Positions 54,511-64,000 of a DNA stretch of 64,000 nucleotides are shown one piece after another. Each line of letters opens with the position of its first letter. The first letter of the stretch is position 1. Source of the DNA: Candidatus Parcubacteria bacterium. GTDB taxonomy: Bacteria; Patescibacteriota; Minisyncoccia; Phycocordibacterales; PALSA-1337. A model generated the notes under the pieces. The model ran no database searches and was not told the origin of the DNA. It was given only the letters and a program-made list of their open reading frames with translations. A program made the translations under genes and the position numbers. The stretch spans positions 2,884 through 66,883 of the forward strand of contig JBDLTF010000005.1 of assembly GCA_039799225.1 (NCBI GenBank). The letters are read 5' to 3'.

Positions 54511-55932
54511 CTACTCCACATACCCCGCTCCCTTTTCGTACAATTTCAGCGGAATATTTTTCAGATTATTCAAAATCGGCATCATAAATTTCCATGATGC
54601 CATGATTTCATCAGTCGATGCGAACAATGTCTGATCTCCGACGAACGCATCACGAAGAAGGCGCTCATAATCATTTGGAATATCATCTGAGAATGTCGAA
54701 TCAGCATACTTGAACTTGAGCGTCTTGCCTTCGGTATTGAAATCGTAGCCCGGAACCTTCACGAAGAAGCGTACGCGGATACCTTCATCTGGCTGAATAC
54801 GGAATGTGAGAATGTTCTGACGATCTTCGCCTGGCTTGTCCTTATGTTTCTTCGTATCCTTGAAATATACGTCAATCTCCACCTTTGATTCAGCGAGTGC
54901 CTTACCACTTTCGAGATAGAACGGAACTCCCTTCCAGCGTGTAGAATTCACGAATGATTGGATACGGAAATAGGTCTCAGTCTGCGAGGTCGGTAGGACG
55001 CCTGGCTCCTGCATATACCCCATATATTGACCACGAATTACCTGCTTGCTCATAGTGCGCGGAGGGATGGTTTTGAGACGAGATAAGACCTTTGCGCGCT
55101 CGGCACGGATACCGGCCGCAGTGAGCGATTTTGGGGCTTCCATGGCCACTATAGCCAGCATCATCAGTATATGGTTCTGTCCCACATCCTTGATTGCCCC
55201 GATAGGGTCGTAGAAAGCACCTCTGCCATCAGTGGTGTTCTTTTCGAAGAGTTTTATGTGCACCTTGTCGACATATTTTCTATTCCAAAGTGGCTCAAAC
55301 ATCGAGTTCGAGAAACGGAATGCAAGAATGTTCTGGAGAACTTCCTTGGCGAGATAATGATCGATGCGGAATATTTGTTGTTCCTTGAAAAGTGATCCGA
55401 GAAGCTTATCGAGACTACGTGCAGTGTCGATATCATTGCCGAAAGGTTTCTCGATAAGGATGCGTGTCCAACCCATACCATCGTCACATGCTTCAGCAAG
55501 ACCAGACTTCGAAATATGTGTAAGGATGCCCTCGTACAGATTTGGTGGGACCGAAAGATGGAAAATTTTGTTGGAACACTGACCCCAACGATCATCGATA
55601 TTCTTGAGCTTGGATGCGAGACGAGTGTAGGCACCAAGATCATCGAACATACCCTGTTCATATGACATGTGATCGAGGAAGTGTTTGATATCCTCCTCGC
55701 GGAATTGGCCCGGCTTCACATTCATGCGATCACGAATAAATTCACGGAACTCTTCACGAGAAAAAACGCGGCGTGAGAAACCGATCACTGAAAAGCGCTG
55801 AGGGAGAAGCTTCTTGGTATACAGCTCGAGGAGTGCAGGAATAAGTTTGCGGGACGCGAGGTCACCAGTGATACCGAAGATGACAAAGACGGTCGGATGG
55901 AGAACGGGTTTGTTATCTACGGCTGGCGTCAT
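54511..55932 (-). CDS. zwf: glucose-6-phosphate 1-dehydrogenase
   Basis: NADP-binding FGITGDLASRKLIPAL, active-site RIDHYLAKE. 473 aa. Confidence 0.9.
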   Translation of the reverse strand: MTPAVDNKPVLHPTVFVIFGITGDLASRKLIPALLELYTKKLLPQRFSVIGFSRRVFSREEFREFIRDRMNVKPGQFREEDIKHFLDHMSYEQGMFDDLGAYTRLASKLKNIDDRWGQCSNKIFHLSVPPNLYEGILTHISKSGLAEACDDGMGWTRILIEKPFGNDIDTARSLDKLLGSLFKEQQIFRIDHYLAKEVLQNILAFRFSNSMFEPLWNRKYVDKVHIKLFEKNTTDGRGAFYDPIGAIKDVGQNHILMMLAIVAMEAPKSLTAAGIRAERAKVLSRLKTIPPRTMSKQVIRGQYMGYMQEPGVLPTSQTETYFRIQSFVNSTRWKGVPFYLESGKALAESKVEIDVYFKDTKKHKDKPGEDRQNILTFRIQPDEGIRVRFFVKVPGYDFNTEGKTLKFKYADSTFSDDIPNDYERLLRDAFVGDQTLFASTDEIMASWKFMMPILNNLKNIPLKLYEKGAGYVE

Positions 55933-56161
55933 GCGGCTAGTGTACAGGCAGAAACCATTGGTGACAAGCTAAAATCCCTCTCCCCACTCGACCCACTTTG
56001 GGTAAATACTGCCTGCGACGAATACGCACGGCAATACGACGATTGCGAGGATGACCCACAATGAGAAATGGATGATTTTCTTGAAAAACTCAATCATAGC
56101 GAAAAAGTATCTTATCCTACTGGAGAAATGTTCGCAAGGTTAGCTTTCTCTTCTTTATTTG

Positions 56162-56232
56162 TCGGGCTGCCGAGAATCGAACTCGGACCTCACACTCCCG
56201 AAGCGTGTATACTACCACTATACTACAGCCCG
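56162..56232 (-). tRNA. tRNA-Pro (anticodon CGG)
   Basis: 71-nt cloverleaf CGGGCTG TA GTAT AGTGGTA GTAT A CACGC TTCGGGA GTGTG AGGT CCGAG TTCGATT CTCGG CAGCCCG A. Confidence 0.7.
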
Positions 56233-56421
56233 ATTTTTGACCAGATGAGCTCACGGCTCATGGGGCAAAATCTACCACAGATTTGAGCAACTTTCAAAAA
56301 ATAGTTGACGCCTGTGACATAACAGGGCTGTGTATAACTGAAATATCCCTATTTCACCGCTATTGCTATAATTGGCGCAGTACAATCGTACAACTTATTA
56401 GTAGAAATTTAATATAAACAT

Positions 56422-56643
56422 ATGAAAGCACTTCATACTATCGCGGTCATCCTCGTCGTTATCGGAGGTATCAACTGGGGTCTCGTCGGCGTTGCCAATT
56501 TTAACCTTGTCGCCCTCCTCCCAGCTATGATTGCTAAGATCGTCTACATTCTCGTAGGCGTCTCAGCTATCCTCGTGGTTGTTACCCACAAGAAGTCATG
56601 CAAGGATTGCGCTGTTCCAGCTTCTTCTGCACCGATGATGTAA
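56422..56643 (+). CDS. DUF378-family small membrane protein
   Basis: GGINWGLVGVANFNLVA motif typical of DUF378. Two TM. 73 aa. Terminator follows. Confidence 0.65.
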   Translation: MKALHTIAVILVVIGGINWGLVGVANFNLVALLPAMIAKIVYILVGVSAILVVVTHKKSCKDCAVPASSAPMM

Positions 56644-56662
56644 TATCTGGTTTCCCAGAAAT

Positions 56663-56689
56663 AAAAAACCGCTCATAAGCGGTTTTTTA
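56663..56689. terminator. bidirectional rho-independent terminator
   Basis: AAAAAACCGCTCATAAGCGGTTTTTTAT. Confidence 0.8.
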
Positions 56690-56855
56690 TTGTGCGGATG
56701 GCTACTTAGCCTCGCATCCACAATCGCACTTCGTGTTTGGGTGTGAATGTCCGCATGCGGAACATACTGGTGCATCTGCCATAATCGTAAAAGAGTTAGG
56801 GCTGATAAAGCGACCTTTCGTATATAATTGTAGCACTAAGCATTAAATGGTACAT

Positions 56856-57170
56856 CTACCAGAAGAAAAAATAATAAATTACAGGTAATACAAGAAAAAT
56901 AAGCAATATTGATTTTGCTATGATCTGTCGAACCCTTTCGCCAATATCAAGAATTTTAGAACTTTTAAAAATACTAATGATTGTAGCGATAAGACCAGAT
57001 ATATACAGATAACCGAATACGTACAAAATAACATACAGTATGTAATGTGGAGAGAATCCAAATGCACCACCTCCATATCTTGAATAATTAGTCTCTGCGG
57101 CAAATAAAGAAAACAATATCACCACTATGAGTATTACGCTCCAGACGTTTACGATCGTGGTTTTTTTCAT
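56856..57170 (-). CDS. hypothetical small multi-pass membrane protein (AT-rich)
   Basis: Start moved to MKKTTIVNVW. The longer table ORF runs through tRNA-Ala and the tandem repeats. Confidence 0.4.
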   Translation of the reverse strand: MKKTTIVNVWSVILIVVILFSLFAAETNYSRYGGGAFGFSPHYILYVILYVFGYLYISGLIATIISIFKSSKILDIGERVRQIIAKSILLIFLVLPVIYYFFFW

Positions 57171-57234
57171 AATAAAAATATTACCATGTAAATAATCAGT
57201 GTAAAAGGGTTCACAACTGAACATCACACATATT

Positions 57235-57265
57235 AAAAAACCGCCCATATCAGGCGGTTTTTTTG
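57235..57265. terminator. rho-independent terminator downstream of tRNA-Ala
   Basis: AAAAAACCGCCCATATCAGGCGGTTTTTTTG. Confidence 0.8.
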
Positions 57266-57271
57266 TATGTG

Positions 57272-57344
57272 TGGACCCGAGAGGAATTGAACCTCCGACC
57301 TTTGCTTTGCAAAAGCACTGCTCTACCAACTGAGCTACGGGCCC
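57272..57344 (-). tRNA. tRNA-Ala (anticodon UGC) with G3:U70 identity pair
   Basis: GGGCCCG TA GCTC AGTTGGTA GAGC A GTGCT TTTGCAA AGCAA AGGTC GGAGG TTCAATT CCTCT CGGGTCC A. Confidence 0.85.
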
Positions 57345-57545
57345 AAGTGAGGGACGAACGGACAAACTTGTTTGGACTTTCGGTCCGAACGCAGGGCCGG
57401 TATGAAATACGGGCCCAAGTGAGGGACTAAAGAACAAACTCGTTTGGACTTTTGGTCCGAACGCCGGGCCGGTATGAAATACGGGCCCAAGTGATGAACG
57501 AAAGATACTCTTACTTGGACTATTTTCGAACCCAAGTAATATACA
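57337..57545. repeat. tandem direct repeats of about 73 bp (two good copies plus one degenerate) in the 5' flank of tRNA-Ala, each starting with the first 9 nt of the tRNA
   Basis: ACGGGCCCAAGTGAGGGAC.AA.GAACAAAC.TGTTTGGACTTT.GGTCCGAACGC.GGGCCGGTATGAAAT, repeated from 57337 and from 57409. Third copy diverged. Confidence 0.7.
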
Positions 57546-57562
57546 TTATTTGGGTAAATTAT

Positions 57563-57751
57563 TCAATTTCCTAGGTTTTTGGGCGTCTTATCCACGAAGG
57601 ACTGCTTGGTGGCACACCACGGACAATACCACTCCTTACGGGCAGGTGCATCACCTATACCCCACCATTTGGTGCATGATCCACACTGGAAATGCACAAA
57701 TCGCTCAAGTGATTTCGAACCGACAACCTTCTTTGTAGATGACTTCTTCAT
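57563..57751 (-). CDS. small C4 zinc-ribbon protein
   Basis: 62 aa with CGSC...CPWC. The ATG abuts the ddl stop, suggesting translational coupling. Confidence 0.5.
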   Translation of the reverse strand: MKKSSTKKVVGSKSLERFVHFQCGSCTKWWGIGDAPARKEWYCPWCATKQSFVDKTPKNLGN

Positions 57752-57753
57752 GG

Positions 57754-58746
57754 CTACAACTTCCTCCCTTTGAGTGCCAAAGCAATGAGATGATCTATGA
57801 GTTCATGTGTATCACTTCCCACTGCGCGTAGAGATTTTGGCATAAGAGATTCATCAGTGAGTCCGGGAAGTGTATTCACTTCGAGCACATAGATACCGCG
57901 ACGGGGATGGATAATGAAGTCCGACCTGGAATAGTGCCTCAGACCAAGCGCACGATGCACTTTGCCTGCCAATTCTTCGAGAGACTTCTTGATAGACTCT
58001 GCGAACGTAGCGGGAACTATTTCATGTGACTTACCTTGATACTTCGCTTCGAAGTCGAAGAAGCCATTGTGTGGACGAATCTCAACTGGCGGAAGTGCGT
58101 ACAGATCATGGTCACGGAATCCTTCGATAACTCCGCAGGTCGCTTCAATTCCGGGAATGAATTCCTCGATGAGCACGATATCACCATGAGCCGCGGCAGC
58201 GAGAAGTGCTGGCGATAGACCTGCGAAGTCACGGACCACAGAAACACCCACTGATGAACCGCTCGAAACCGGCTTGATAACCGCCGGTAAGATGAAGGTT
58301 GTGAATAATTCACGCGCTATAGCATCTGAATCTTCAATGACGCGGCTCGAAGGGACTTCTTTCCAGTACGGACTCTTAATACCGTGTGCCGCGAATGATT
58401 TCTTGGAGAGAATTTTGTTCATACCAACTGCAGAGCCGAGTGCATCAGAGCCAGTGAATGGAATTCCGTGAGCAGCGAGGATGGCCTGTACCTTCCCATC
58501 TTCTCCATATGATCCATGGAGCGCATTGAATGCGACATCTATCTTGGAATGGAGATTTTCTGGATCTACTGCAAGACCATCGATATGCCAGTTACCCTGA
58601 CGATCAATAAAAATATCCTTGGGATGATACTTATGCTCGAAATGTTTACGGAGTGCAGCGAGAACATTGCCACCGGAATTGAGGGAGACGTCATATTCAT
58701 TGCTCGGACCTCCGCGGAGCACGCCGACACGGATGAGATGCTTCAT
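57754..58746 (-). CDS. ddl: D-alanine--D-alanine ligase
   Basis: ATP-grasp fold. N-terminus RVGVLRGGPSNEYDVSLNSG. 330 aa. Confidence 0.9.
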   Translation of the reverse strand: MKHLIRVGVLRGGPSNEYDVSLNSGGNVLAALRKHFEHKYHPKDIFIDRQGNWHIDGLAVDPENLHSKIDVAFNALHGSYGEDGKVQAILAAHGIPFTGSDALGSAVGMNKILSKKSFAAHGIKSPYWKEVPSSRVIEDSDAIARELFTTFILPAVIKPVSSGSSVGVSVVRDFAGLSPALLAAAAHGDIVLIEEFIPGIEATCGVIEGFRDHDLYALPPVEIRPHNGFFDFEAKYQGKSHEIVPATFAESIKKSLEELAGKVHRALGLRHYSRSDFIIHPRRGIYVLEVNTLPGLTDESLMPKSLRAVGSDTHELIDHLIALALKGRKL

Positions 58747-58779
58747 ACGAACATTATAGCAGAATCAAAAGCTCAAATC

Positions 58780-60090
58780 CTATGCTTTGAACATCGAACT
58801 CCTCTTCCTCCTATGATACGCAATGACAAATCTATGTGCCTCGGCATTCAAAGCGATGATGTTATTCTCATAGCTTGCGATAATTTCAGGATTCCCGATA
58901 AGGCGTGAAGCCTTGTGACGCTCATCCTTGGTCACTGCAACGACAGGTATCGAGATACGACGAGCCTTGAGAACATTCTCGGCATGAGAGAGATGAGTTT
59001 CATTACCATCGACCACAATAAGGTCGGGGTATGTCCATTCGGGATGATTGAGACGACGATCAAGAATTTCCGTAAGTCCCCGAATGTCGTCATTGACCTG
59101 ACGCGAGATCTTGAACGTACGATACTGAGCAGGAGCAAGTTCTCCATTCACGGAGACAGTGAATGCACCGACTACATTGGTACCCGAGAGGTGCGCGACA
59201 TCGTATGCCTCCATACGGAAATCTGGTTTCGAAGATCCAGCAGAGCCGAGGCTTCGTTCACCTTCTCTCTTGATGAGCGCCATATCATTGATATGGTCGA
59301 GTGCGTAGAGAATACGCTTACTCTGATCTGCTTCTTCAAACTTGAGTTCCTTCGCGTACGCATTCATGTCTCTCTCGATGCGACGGCGAATGAGATCTTT
59401 CCTACCTTCGAAGAAAAGTGCGAGGTTCTCGATGGTCCTGCGATACCTGCGGCGCGCATTCTCGTCATCTTCTTGTGGAGATCTACCGAGTGCGCGATAG
59501 AAAGCATCATGACGTGCATCAAATGACTTCTTGTCCTTGAATGGGAACATCTTGCGGAGTATTTTGAGTGCCTCCTTGATAAGACCTCCATGAGGATAGG
59601 GGCCAAAGATTTCTTTGACCTTGTACCCAAGCGTTCCCTCTGTTCGCGCCGCATCAAAATCACGCGCTCTCGCCAAGAATACACGCGGCCAGAGTTCATC
59701 GGTGATAATCACATACTGTGAACTCTTATCATCACGCTCATCAACATTGTAGTGAGGCTGGTAGCGCTTGATCAGGTTGCTCTCGAGAATGATGGCTTCG
59801 AGTACTGAGTCCGCCTCCTGCCACTTCACCGTCTTAGCCTTGGTGACCATGTCCACAATGCGTGGTCCACGAGCTTCTATGAGGTCAGCAGAAAAATAAC
59901 TCTTCACACGGTCCTTGAGTGAGGTCGCACGACCGATGTAGAGAGGTCTTCCCTTCACATCTACGAAGGTATAGACCCCTGGAACGTCGGGGAGCTTGAG
60001 TTTTGCCAGCTGTTGACTAGTCATGAAATCAAGAGTACCGTATAGGAGAAATTTGTACAACATAAACCACATAAACCCAAGGACCCTCAT
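58780..60090 (-). CDS. uvrC: excinuclease ABC subunit C (short form lacking C-terminal HhH)
   Basis: GIY-YIG N-domain (GVYTFVDVKGRPLYIGRATSLKDR), UvrBC-interaction region, RNase H-like endonuclease domain. 436 aa. Confidence 0.8.
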   Translation of the reverse strand: MRVLGFMWFMLYKFLLYGTLDFMTSQQLAKLKLPDVPGVYTFVDVKGRPLYIGRATSLKDRVKSYFSADLIEARGPRIVDMVTKAKTVKWQEADSVLEAIILESNLIKRYQPHYNVDERDDKSSQYVIITDELWPRVFLARARDFDAARTEGTLGYKVKEIFGPYPHGGLIKEALKILRKMFPFKDKKSFDARHDAFYRALGRSPQEDDENARRRYRRTIENLALFFEGRKDLIRRRIERDMNAYAKELKFEEADQSKRILYALDHINDMALIKREGERSLGSAGSSKPDFRMEAYDVAHLSGTNVVGAFTVSVNGELAPAQYRTFKISRQVNDDIRGLTEILDRRLNHPEWTYPDLIVVDGNETHLSHAENVLKARRISIPVVAVTKDERHKASRLIGNPEIIASYENNIIALNAEAHRFVIAYHRRKRSSMFKA

Positions 60091-60110
60091 GGGAAATATC
60101 CTACGGAAGT

Positions 60111-60371
60111 TTGGCGACGAGTTCGCCCTGTCTCACACAAACGGATGCAAAGCAGATGCTCTGGCTATCAATCTTACTTCTTGCTGTAGCATCTCTATTC
60201 ATCGGTACGGTGTATGCAAGCTCACCATTCATCATCCTCTGCATAGTGCTTATCGGTATTCTCGCGATTCCCTACACCTGGTACTTCGTTCGCTGGATCT
60301 GGAATACTGGATTCAATTCCGTGAGCAAATGGTGGGATAACCTGGACAAAGATGATGAAGAGAAAGGATGA
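60111..60371 (+). CDS. hypothetical small membrane protein
   Basis: Two TM (LWLSILLLAVASLFIGTVY; IILCIVLIGILAIPYTWYF), acidic tail. Confidence 0.4.
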   Translation: MATSSPCLTQTDAKQMLWLSILLLAVASLFIGTVYASSPFIILCIVLIGILAIPYTWYFVRWIWNTGFNSVSKWWDNLDKDDEEKG

Positions 60372-60374
60372 TGA

Positions 60375-60647
60375 ATGAAGGAATACTTCACTACCCACTG
60401 GAAAAAGACCAGTCAGGTAATTGATCAGATCTCTCACTCGAAACCAGCGCGCTGCGTCACTGATAATTTCTGGGTGCAAGCCGCGTCATTCCTCATGAGA
60501 TGCATGTGCCTCGTCTTGATGATTGCCCTCAGCGAATGTTTCCGACTGGTCGCCATCGCTGGCGCGATACTCATCCCCCCAATTGCTTGGGTGGTCATCG
60601 GTATCTGCATCATTTGGTACCAATTCGTTACGCATCCAACAGCGTAA
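60375..60647 (+). CDS. hypothetical small membrane protein
   Basis: Two TM. Terminator immediately downstream. Confidence 0.45.
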   Translation: MKEYFTTHWKKTSQVIDQISHSKPARCVTDNFWVQAASFLMRCMCLVLMIALSECFRLVAIAGAILIPPIAWVVIGICIIWYQFVTHPTA

Positions 60648-60652
60648 ACTTC

Positions 60653-60688
60653 AAAGCCCCGCTGCTCACGAGCAATGGGGCTTTTTTA
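60653..60688 (+). terminator. rho-independent terminator
   Basis: AAAGCCCCGCTGCTCACGAGCAATGGGGCTTTTTTATT. Confidence 0.75.
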
Positions 60689-60695
60689 TTTCATA

Positions 60696-63350
60696 CTACT
60701 TCTTCAACATCTTCTTGAGATACTTTCCGGTATAACTCTTCTCACTCTTCGCGACATCCTCAGGAGTTCCTTTGGCGACAATCTTACCACCACGTTCACC
60801 TCCTTCAGGACCAATGTCGATAACATAGTCAGCATTCTTGATGAGATCAAGGTTGTGCTCAATGACAACGACTGTATTTCCTTTGTCGACAAGCTTCTGC
60901 AAAATATCGATGAGCTTCTTCACATCTTCATAGTGGAGACCAACTGTAGGCTCATCGAGAAGGTAAATTGTCTTCTGCATATGCGCACGATAGAGCTCTG
61001 AGGAAATCTTCACACGCTGAGCTTCTCCGCCAGAGAGTGTTGTTGCTGACTGACCAAGTCTCACATAGCCGAGACCGACATCCATGAGTGACAGAAGACG
61101 ATCTTCGACAGCAGGAATATCCTTGAAGAATTCAAGAGCCTCTTCGATCGTGAGTTCAAGAACTTCATGAATATTCTTTTTGCGGAATTGTATTTCAAGT
61201 GTCTCCTTCATGAATCGCTTACCATTACAGACGTCACAGATGACATACACTGTCGGCAAGAAATGCATTTCAACCGCGATTTCACCATTTCCTTCGCAAG
61301 CTTCACAGCGTCCACCAGCTCTGTTGAATGAGAATCTTCCCGCTCCCCAGCCACGTGCGCGAGCCTCAGGCTCTGATGCGAAGAGATCGCGGATATGCGT
61401 CCATGCACCAGTATAAGTAGCAGGATTTGACCTTGGTGTACGACCGATTGGAGACTGATCGATGAGGATGACGCGACCAACATATTCAGAGCCCTTGAAT
61501 TCAGTACAATTCACCGGCTTGTCTGAACGATGACGCATCTCAAGACGCGCAGAAAGATTCTTGTGAAGAATCTCATACATGAATGACGACTTACCAGATC
61601 CAGAGACACCCGTGATGACATCGAGACATCCGAGTGGAACATCTACATCCATGTTTTTGATATTGAAAGCTTGTCCACCACGAACCATAATCTTACCCTT
61701 CGGTTCACGACGACTGGTCGGTACAGGAATCTTCTCTTCCCCGCGAAGATATGCGAGCGTACGAGATCCTGAAGTATTCTTCTTGGCCGTAAGGAGATCA
61801 TCGAGATATCCAGAGACGACGACCTTACCACCATGAACACCAGCGCCAGGACCGATATCAACGATATAGTCAGAGGCATACATAGTGTCTTCATCGTGTT
61901 CAACCACGATAATAGTGTTACCGAGGTCGCGCAATTTGATCAAAGTACCAATGAGACGATCATTGTCACGCTGATGGAGTCCGATAGTCGGTTCATCGAG
62001 CACGTAGAGGGCTCCGACGAGACCAGAGCCAAGCTGTGATGCGAGTCTGATACGCTGAGCTTCTCCACCTGACAGTGTATTGGCACGACGATCAAGTGTG
62101 AGGTATTCAATACCGACGTTAACCATGAACAAAAGGCGCGACTCAATCTCTTTGAGCACGACCTTTGAAATTTCCTTCTCTGCATCAGTGAGCTTGATGG
62201 TATCGAAATATTTGATGGCGTGCTCGATGGAGAGCGACGTAGTATCGACGATATTCTTGTCGCCAATCTTCACATAGAGAGCTTCTTCACGGAGACGTGC
62301 ACCGTTACAGACCTTACACACATTTTCAGCGAAGAGACCTTCAGTACCAAGACCATTACATGCAGTACATGCACCATATGGTGAGTTGAATGAGAACAAG
62401 CGTGGCTCAACTTCAGGATATGAGAATCCATCGTATGGACACATGAACTTCACAGACATAAGAGTCTCGTTGGTTTCCTGACCTTCCTCCTTCCATGGAT
62501 ATTCGATACGGATGAGACCTTCCGCTTCAAGGACTGCACGTTCTATCGCTTCAGAGAGACGCTCGCGGGCATTGCCGACCTGTTTCTGATCACGGAACTC
62601 ACTCACATAGATCTCATCGACGAGAACATCGATGTCGTGCTTCTTATTCTTCTCAAGAACGATCTGATCGCGGAGACGCTTGATGACACCATCGATACGT
62701 ACACGATCATATCCCTTACCGAGAAGGTCGTAGAGCATCTGATAGTACTCACCTTTTCTACCGACGACGACGGGAGCATAGACGCGAATCTTGGCATCAG
62801 TAATATCAACACCGTACACTTTCTTGGCTTGAACAGCCTTAGTGGTGACCGTGCTCATGATGGCATTGAGAATCTCTTCCTGTGAGATGCGATGAATGAT
62901 GCGGTTGCAGGTCAGACAGTGTGGCTTACCAACGCGTGCAAAAAGAATACGGAGATAGTCATAGATCTCAGTAATAGTGGCAACTGTTGAGCGTGGGTTG
63001 TTCGAGCGAGACTTCTGGTCGATAGAAATAGCTGGAGAGAGTCCAGTAATCTCGTCGACATCTGGCTTCTGCATCTTGTGCAAGAATTGGCGCGCATAAG
63101 CAGAGAGAGACTCGACATAGCGTCGCTGTCCCTCGGCGAAAATAGTGTCGAAGGCAAATGAAGATTTTCCTGAACCAGAGAGTCCCGTGACGGCAATCAT
63201 CGTGTTGCGTGGCATCTCAACGGTGATGTTTTTGAGATTGTGCGTACGCGCGCCCTTAACCACGATCTTGTCCTCACCATGCCCTGGAGCGTGTTTGCGT
63301 GCGGCTGTCATAAGTGGGGCGATAATACCATGAAAAATGGCCCAAAGCAA
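60696..63350 (-). CDS. uvrA: excinuclease ABC subunit A
   Basis: Two ABC ATPase modules ([18 protein letters not shown]), signature LSGGEAQR twice, zinc-finger Cys clusters. Confidence 0.95.
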   Translation of the reverse strand: MLWAIFHGIIAPLMTAARKHAPGHGEDKIVVKGARTHNLKNITVEMPRNTMIAVTGLSGSGKSSFAFDTIFAEGQRRYVESLSAYARQFLHKMQKPDVDEITGLSPAISIDQKSRSNNPRSTVATITEIYDYLRILFARVGKPHCLTCNRIIHRISQEEILNAIMSTVTTKAVQAKKVYGVDITDAKIRVYAPVVVGRKGEYYQMLYDLLGKGYDRVRIDGVIKRLRDQIVLEKNKKHDIDVLVDEIYVSEFRDQKQVGNARERLSEAIERAVLEAEGLIRIEYPWKEEGQETNETLMSVKFMCPYDGFSYPEVEPRLFSFNSPYGACTACNGLGTEGLFAENVCKVCNGARLREEALYVKIGDKNIVDTTSLSIEHAIKYFDTIKLTDAEKEISKVVLKEIESRLLFMVNVGIEYLTLDRRANTLSGGEAQRIRLASQLGSGLVGALYVLDEPTIGLHQRDNDRLIGTLIKLRDLGNTIIVVEHDEDTMYASDYIVDIGPGAGVHGGKVVVSGYLDDLLTAKKNTSGSRTLAYLRGEEKIPVPTSRREPKGKIMVRGGQAFNIKNMDVDVPLGCLDVITGVSGSGKSSFMYEILHKNLSARLEMRHRSDKPVNCTEFKGSEYVGRVILIDQSPIGRTPRSNPATYTGAWTHIRDLFASEPEARARGWGAGRFSFNRAGGRCEACEGNGEIAVEMHFLPTVYVICDVCNGKRFMKETLEIQFRKKNIHEVLELTIEEALEFFKDIPAVEDRLLSLMDVGLGYVRLGQSATTLSGGEAQRVKISSELYRAHMQKTIYLLDEPTVGLHYEDVKKLIDILQKLVDKGNTVVVIEHNLDLIKNADYVIDIGPEGGERGGKIVAKGTPEDVAKSEKSYTGKYLKKMLKK

Positions 63351-63458
63351 TCATATTCTCAGGATTGTCTATATTGAGGTTATTACAGAGATATTGACAA
63401 TTCTAATATTTAATGTACTATAATTAATGAACACATTGAACATCGAAAGGAACTAGTC

Positions 63459-63776
63459 ATGGAGAATCCTCCTACTGAAGACAAGCTTAGAGGGCGACCT
63501 CTTACAAAGAGAGAACGAGAAGTGCTAGTTTGGCTCGCCGAAGGATTGGTCAACAAAGAGGTCGCTTCGACCCTCAATATTGGCCATCGAACTGTCGACA
63601 CTCATCGCGAAAAAATCATGCGCAAGCTCGACATTCACGGTATCGCAGGACTTACTCGCTATGCGGTCAAATGCGGATTGGTACAACTCCCCGCTCCGAT
63701 TAAGCTCACCATTATCGGTAAAGATGGAAAACCTATCACTGCCAATCCACCACAAACAAACACCGCCGACACATGA
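63459..63776 (+). CDS. LuxR/FixJ-type helix-turn-helix transcriptional regulator (standalone HTH)
   Basis: LTKREREVLVWLAEGLVNKEVASTLNIGHRTVDTHREKIMRKL is a GerE/LuxR HTH. No receiver domain. Confidence 0.75.
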   Translation: MENPPTEDKLRGRPLTKREREVLVWLAEGLVNKEVASTLNIGHRTVDTHREKIMRKLDIHGIAGLTRYAVKCGLVQLPAPIKLTIIGKDGKPITANPPQTNTADT

Positions 63777-63791
63777 TGTCGGCGGTTTTTA
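63761..63791. terminator. bidirectional rho-independent terminator
   Basis: CACCGCCGACACATGATGTCGGCGGTTTTT. The stop codon lies in the loop. Confidence 0.75.
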
Positions 63792-63809
63792 ATTATCTTG
63801 ATGTCTTCC

Positions 63810-64000
63810 CTATTTACATATCGCGCGAATCTCCGAAACGATCTGATCGAGTGATGCGGCCGCTTTGACCACGAACTTATTGGCACCAAGAGCCTTGGCA
63901 CGATCGATGTCGCTCTGCTTGTTCAGATTGGAAAGAATCATGACTGGAACCTTCGCGAGTGCAGGTGTCGCTTTGACGCGCTGGAGTATATCGAAACCGT
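63810..64000 (-). CDS. response-regulator receiver-domain protein, 3' end only (5' beyond window)
   Basis: Minus-strand translation ...PVMILSNLNKQSDIDRAKALGANKFVVKAASLDQIVSEIRAICK* matches the alpha4-beta5-alpha5 region of CheY-like receivers. Confidence 0.6.
   Translation of the reverse strand, partial: GFDILQRVKATPALAKVPVMILSNLNKQSDIDRAKALGANKFVVKAAASLDQIVSEIRAICK

Noticed and set aside
56068-56286. 72-aa plus-strand ORF
   Set aside because: Runs antisense through tRNA-Pro. Spurious.
57335-57535. 66-aa minus-strand ORF with internally repeated peptide (HLGPYFIPA...)
   Set aside because: The peptide repeats mirror the 73-bp tandem DNA repeats upstream of tRNA-Ala. It is translation of a repeat, not a gene.
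57337-57545. CRISPR array (regular direct repeats)
   Set aside because: Units are contiguous about 73-bp tandem copies with no unique spacers. They are derived from the tRNA-Ala 5' flank. No cas genes in the window.

Overview
This 64-kb window comes from a compact bacterial chromosome with roughly 50% GC. It is dominated by housekeeping genes, almost all on the minus strand. These are four aminoacyl-tRNA synthetases (trpS partial, cysS, gltX, valS), rpoB-rpoC, ribosomal proteins L9/L27/S16, trmD, truB and typA. There is a split dcw cell-wall cluster (mraZ-rsmH-ftsL-ftsI-murF, plus a separate ftsW / AT-rich insert / murG stretch with scpAB), ddl, uvrA/uvrC, zwf, two ABC exporters, and three canonical tRNAs (Glu-CUC, Pro-CGG, Ala-UGC). 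The streamlined repertoire (no rimM, a short UvrC, a short ValS) is consistent with a small-genome lineage such as Patescibacteria/CPR; this is inference only. The accessory content is as follows. (1) A type IV pilus/competence-like module: a GspE/PilB ATPase, a GspF/PilC platform protein, a 489-aa pilin-like beta-propeller protein, an unlisted 56-aa prepilin ORF and a separate MshEN-domain protein. (2) A roughly 3.1-kb AT-rich island (about 30% GC) carrying four consecutive double-zinc-ribbon membrane proteins with different effector ends (trypsin-like protease, TPR, multi-TM). (3) Three recurring non-coding motifs. One is a roughly 50-nt conserved upstream element found in three copies (before pilB, before a tRNA-like element ahead of gltX, and before a small ORF). 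One is a two-hairpin roughly 50-nt element with compensatory base changes, found in two copies at operon boundaries (trmD/rpoB and upstream of mraZ). One is a run of roughly 73-bp tandem repeats abutting tRNA-Ala. Further oddities: a CTAAA/CCCTAAA-rich palindrome inside the rpsP operon, a tRNA-like T-arm/acceptor element that does not fold into a canonical cloverleaf, a CorA-like protein lacking GMN, and a cytochrome b5-like protein next to DoxX. No rRNA, CRISPR array, transposase or integrase was seen.
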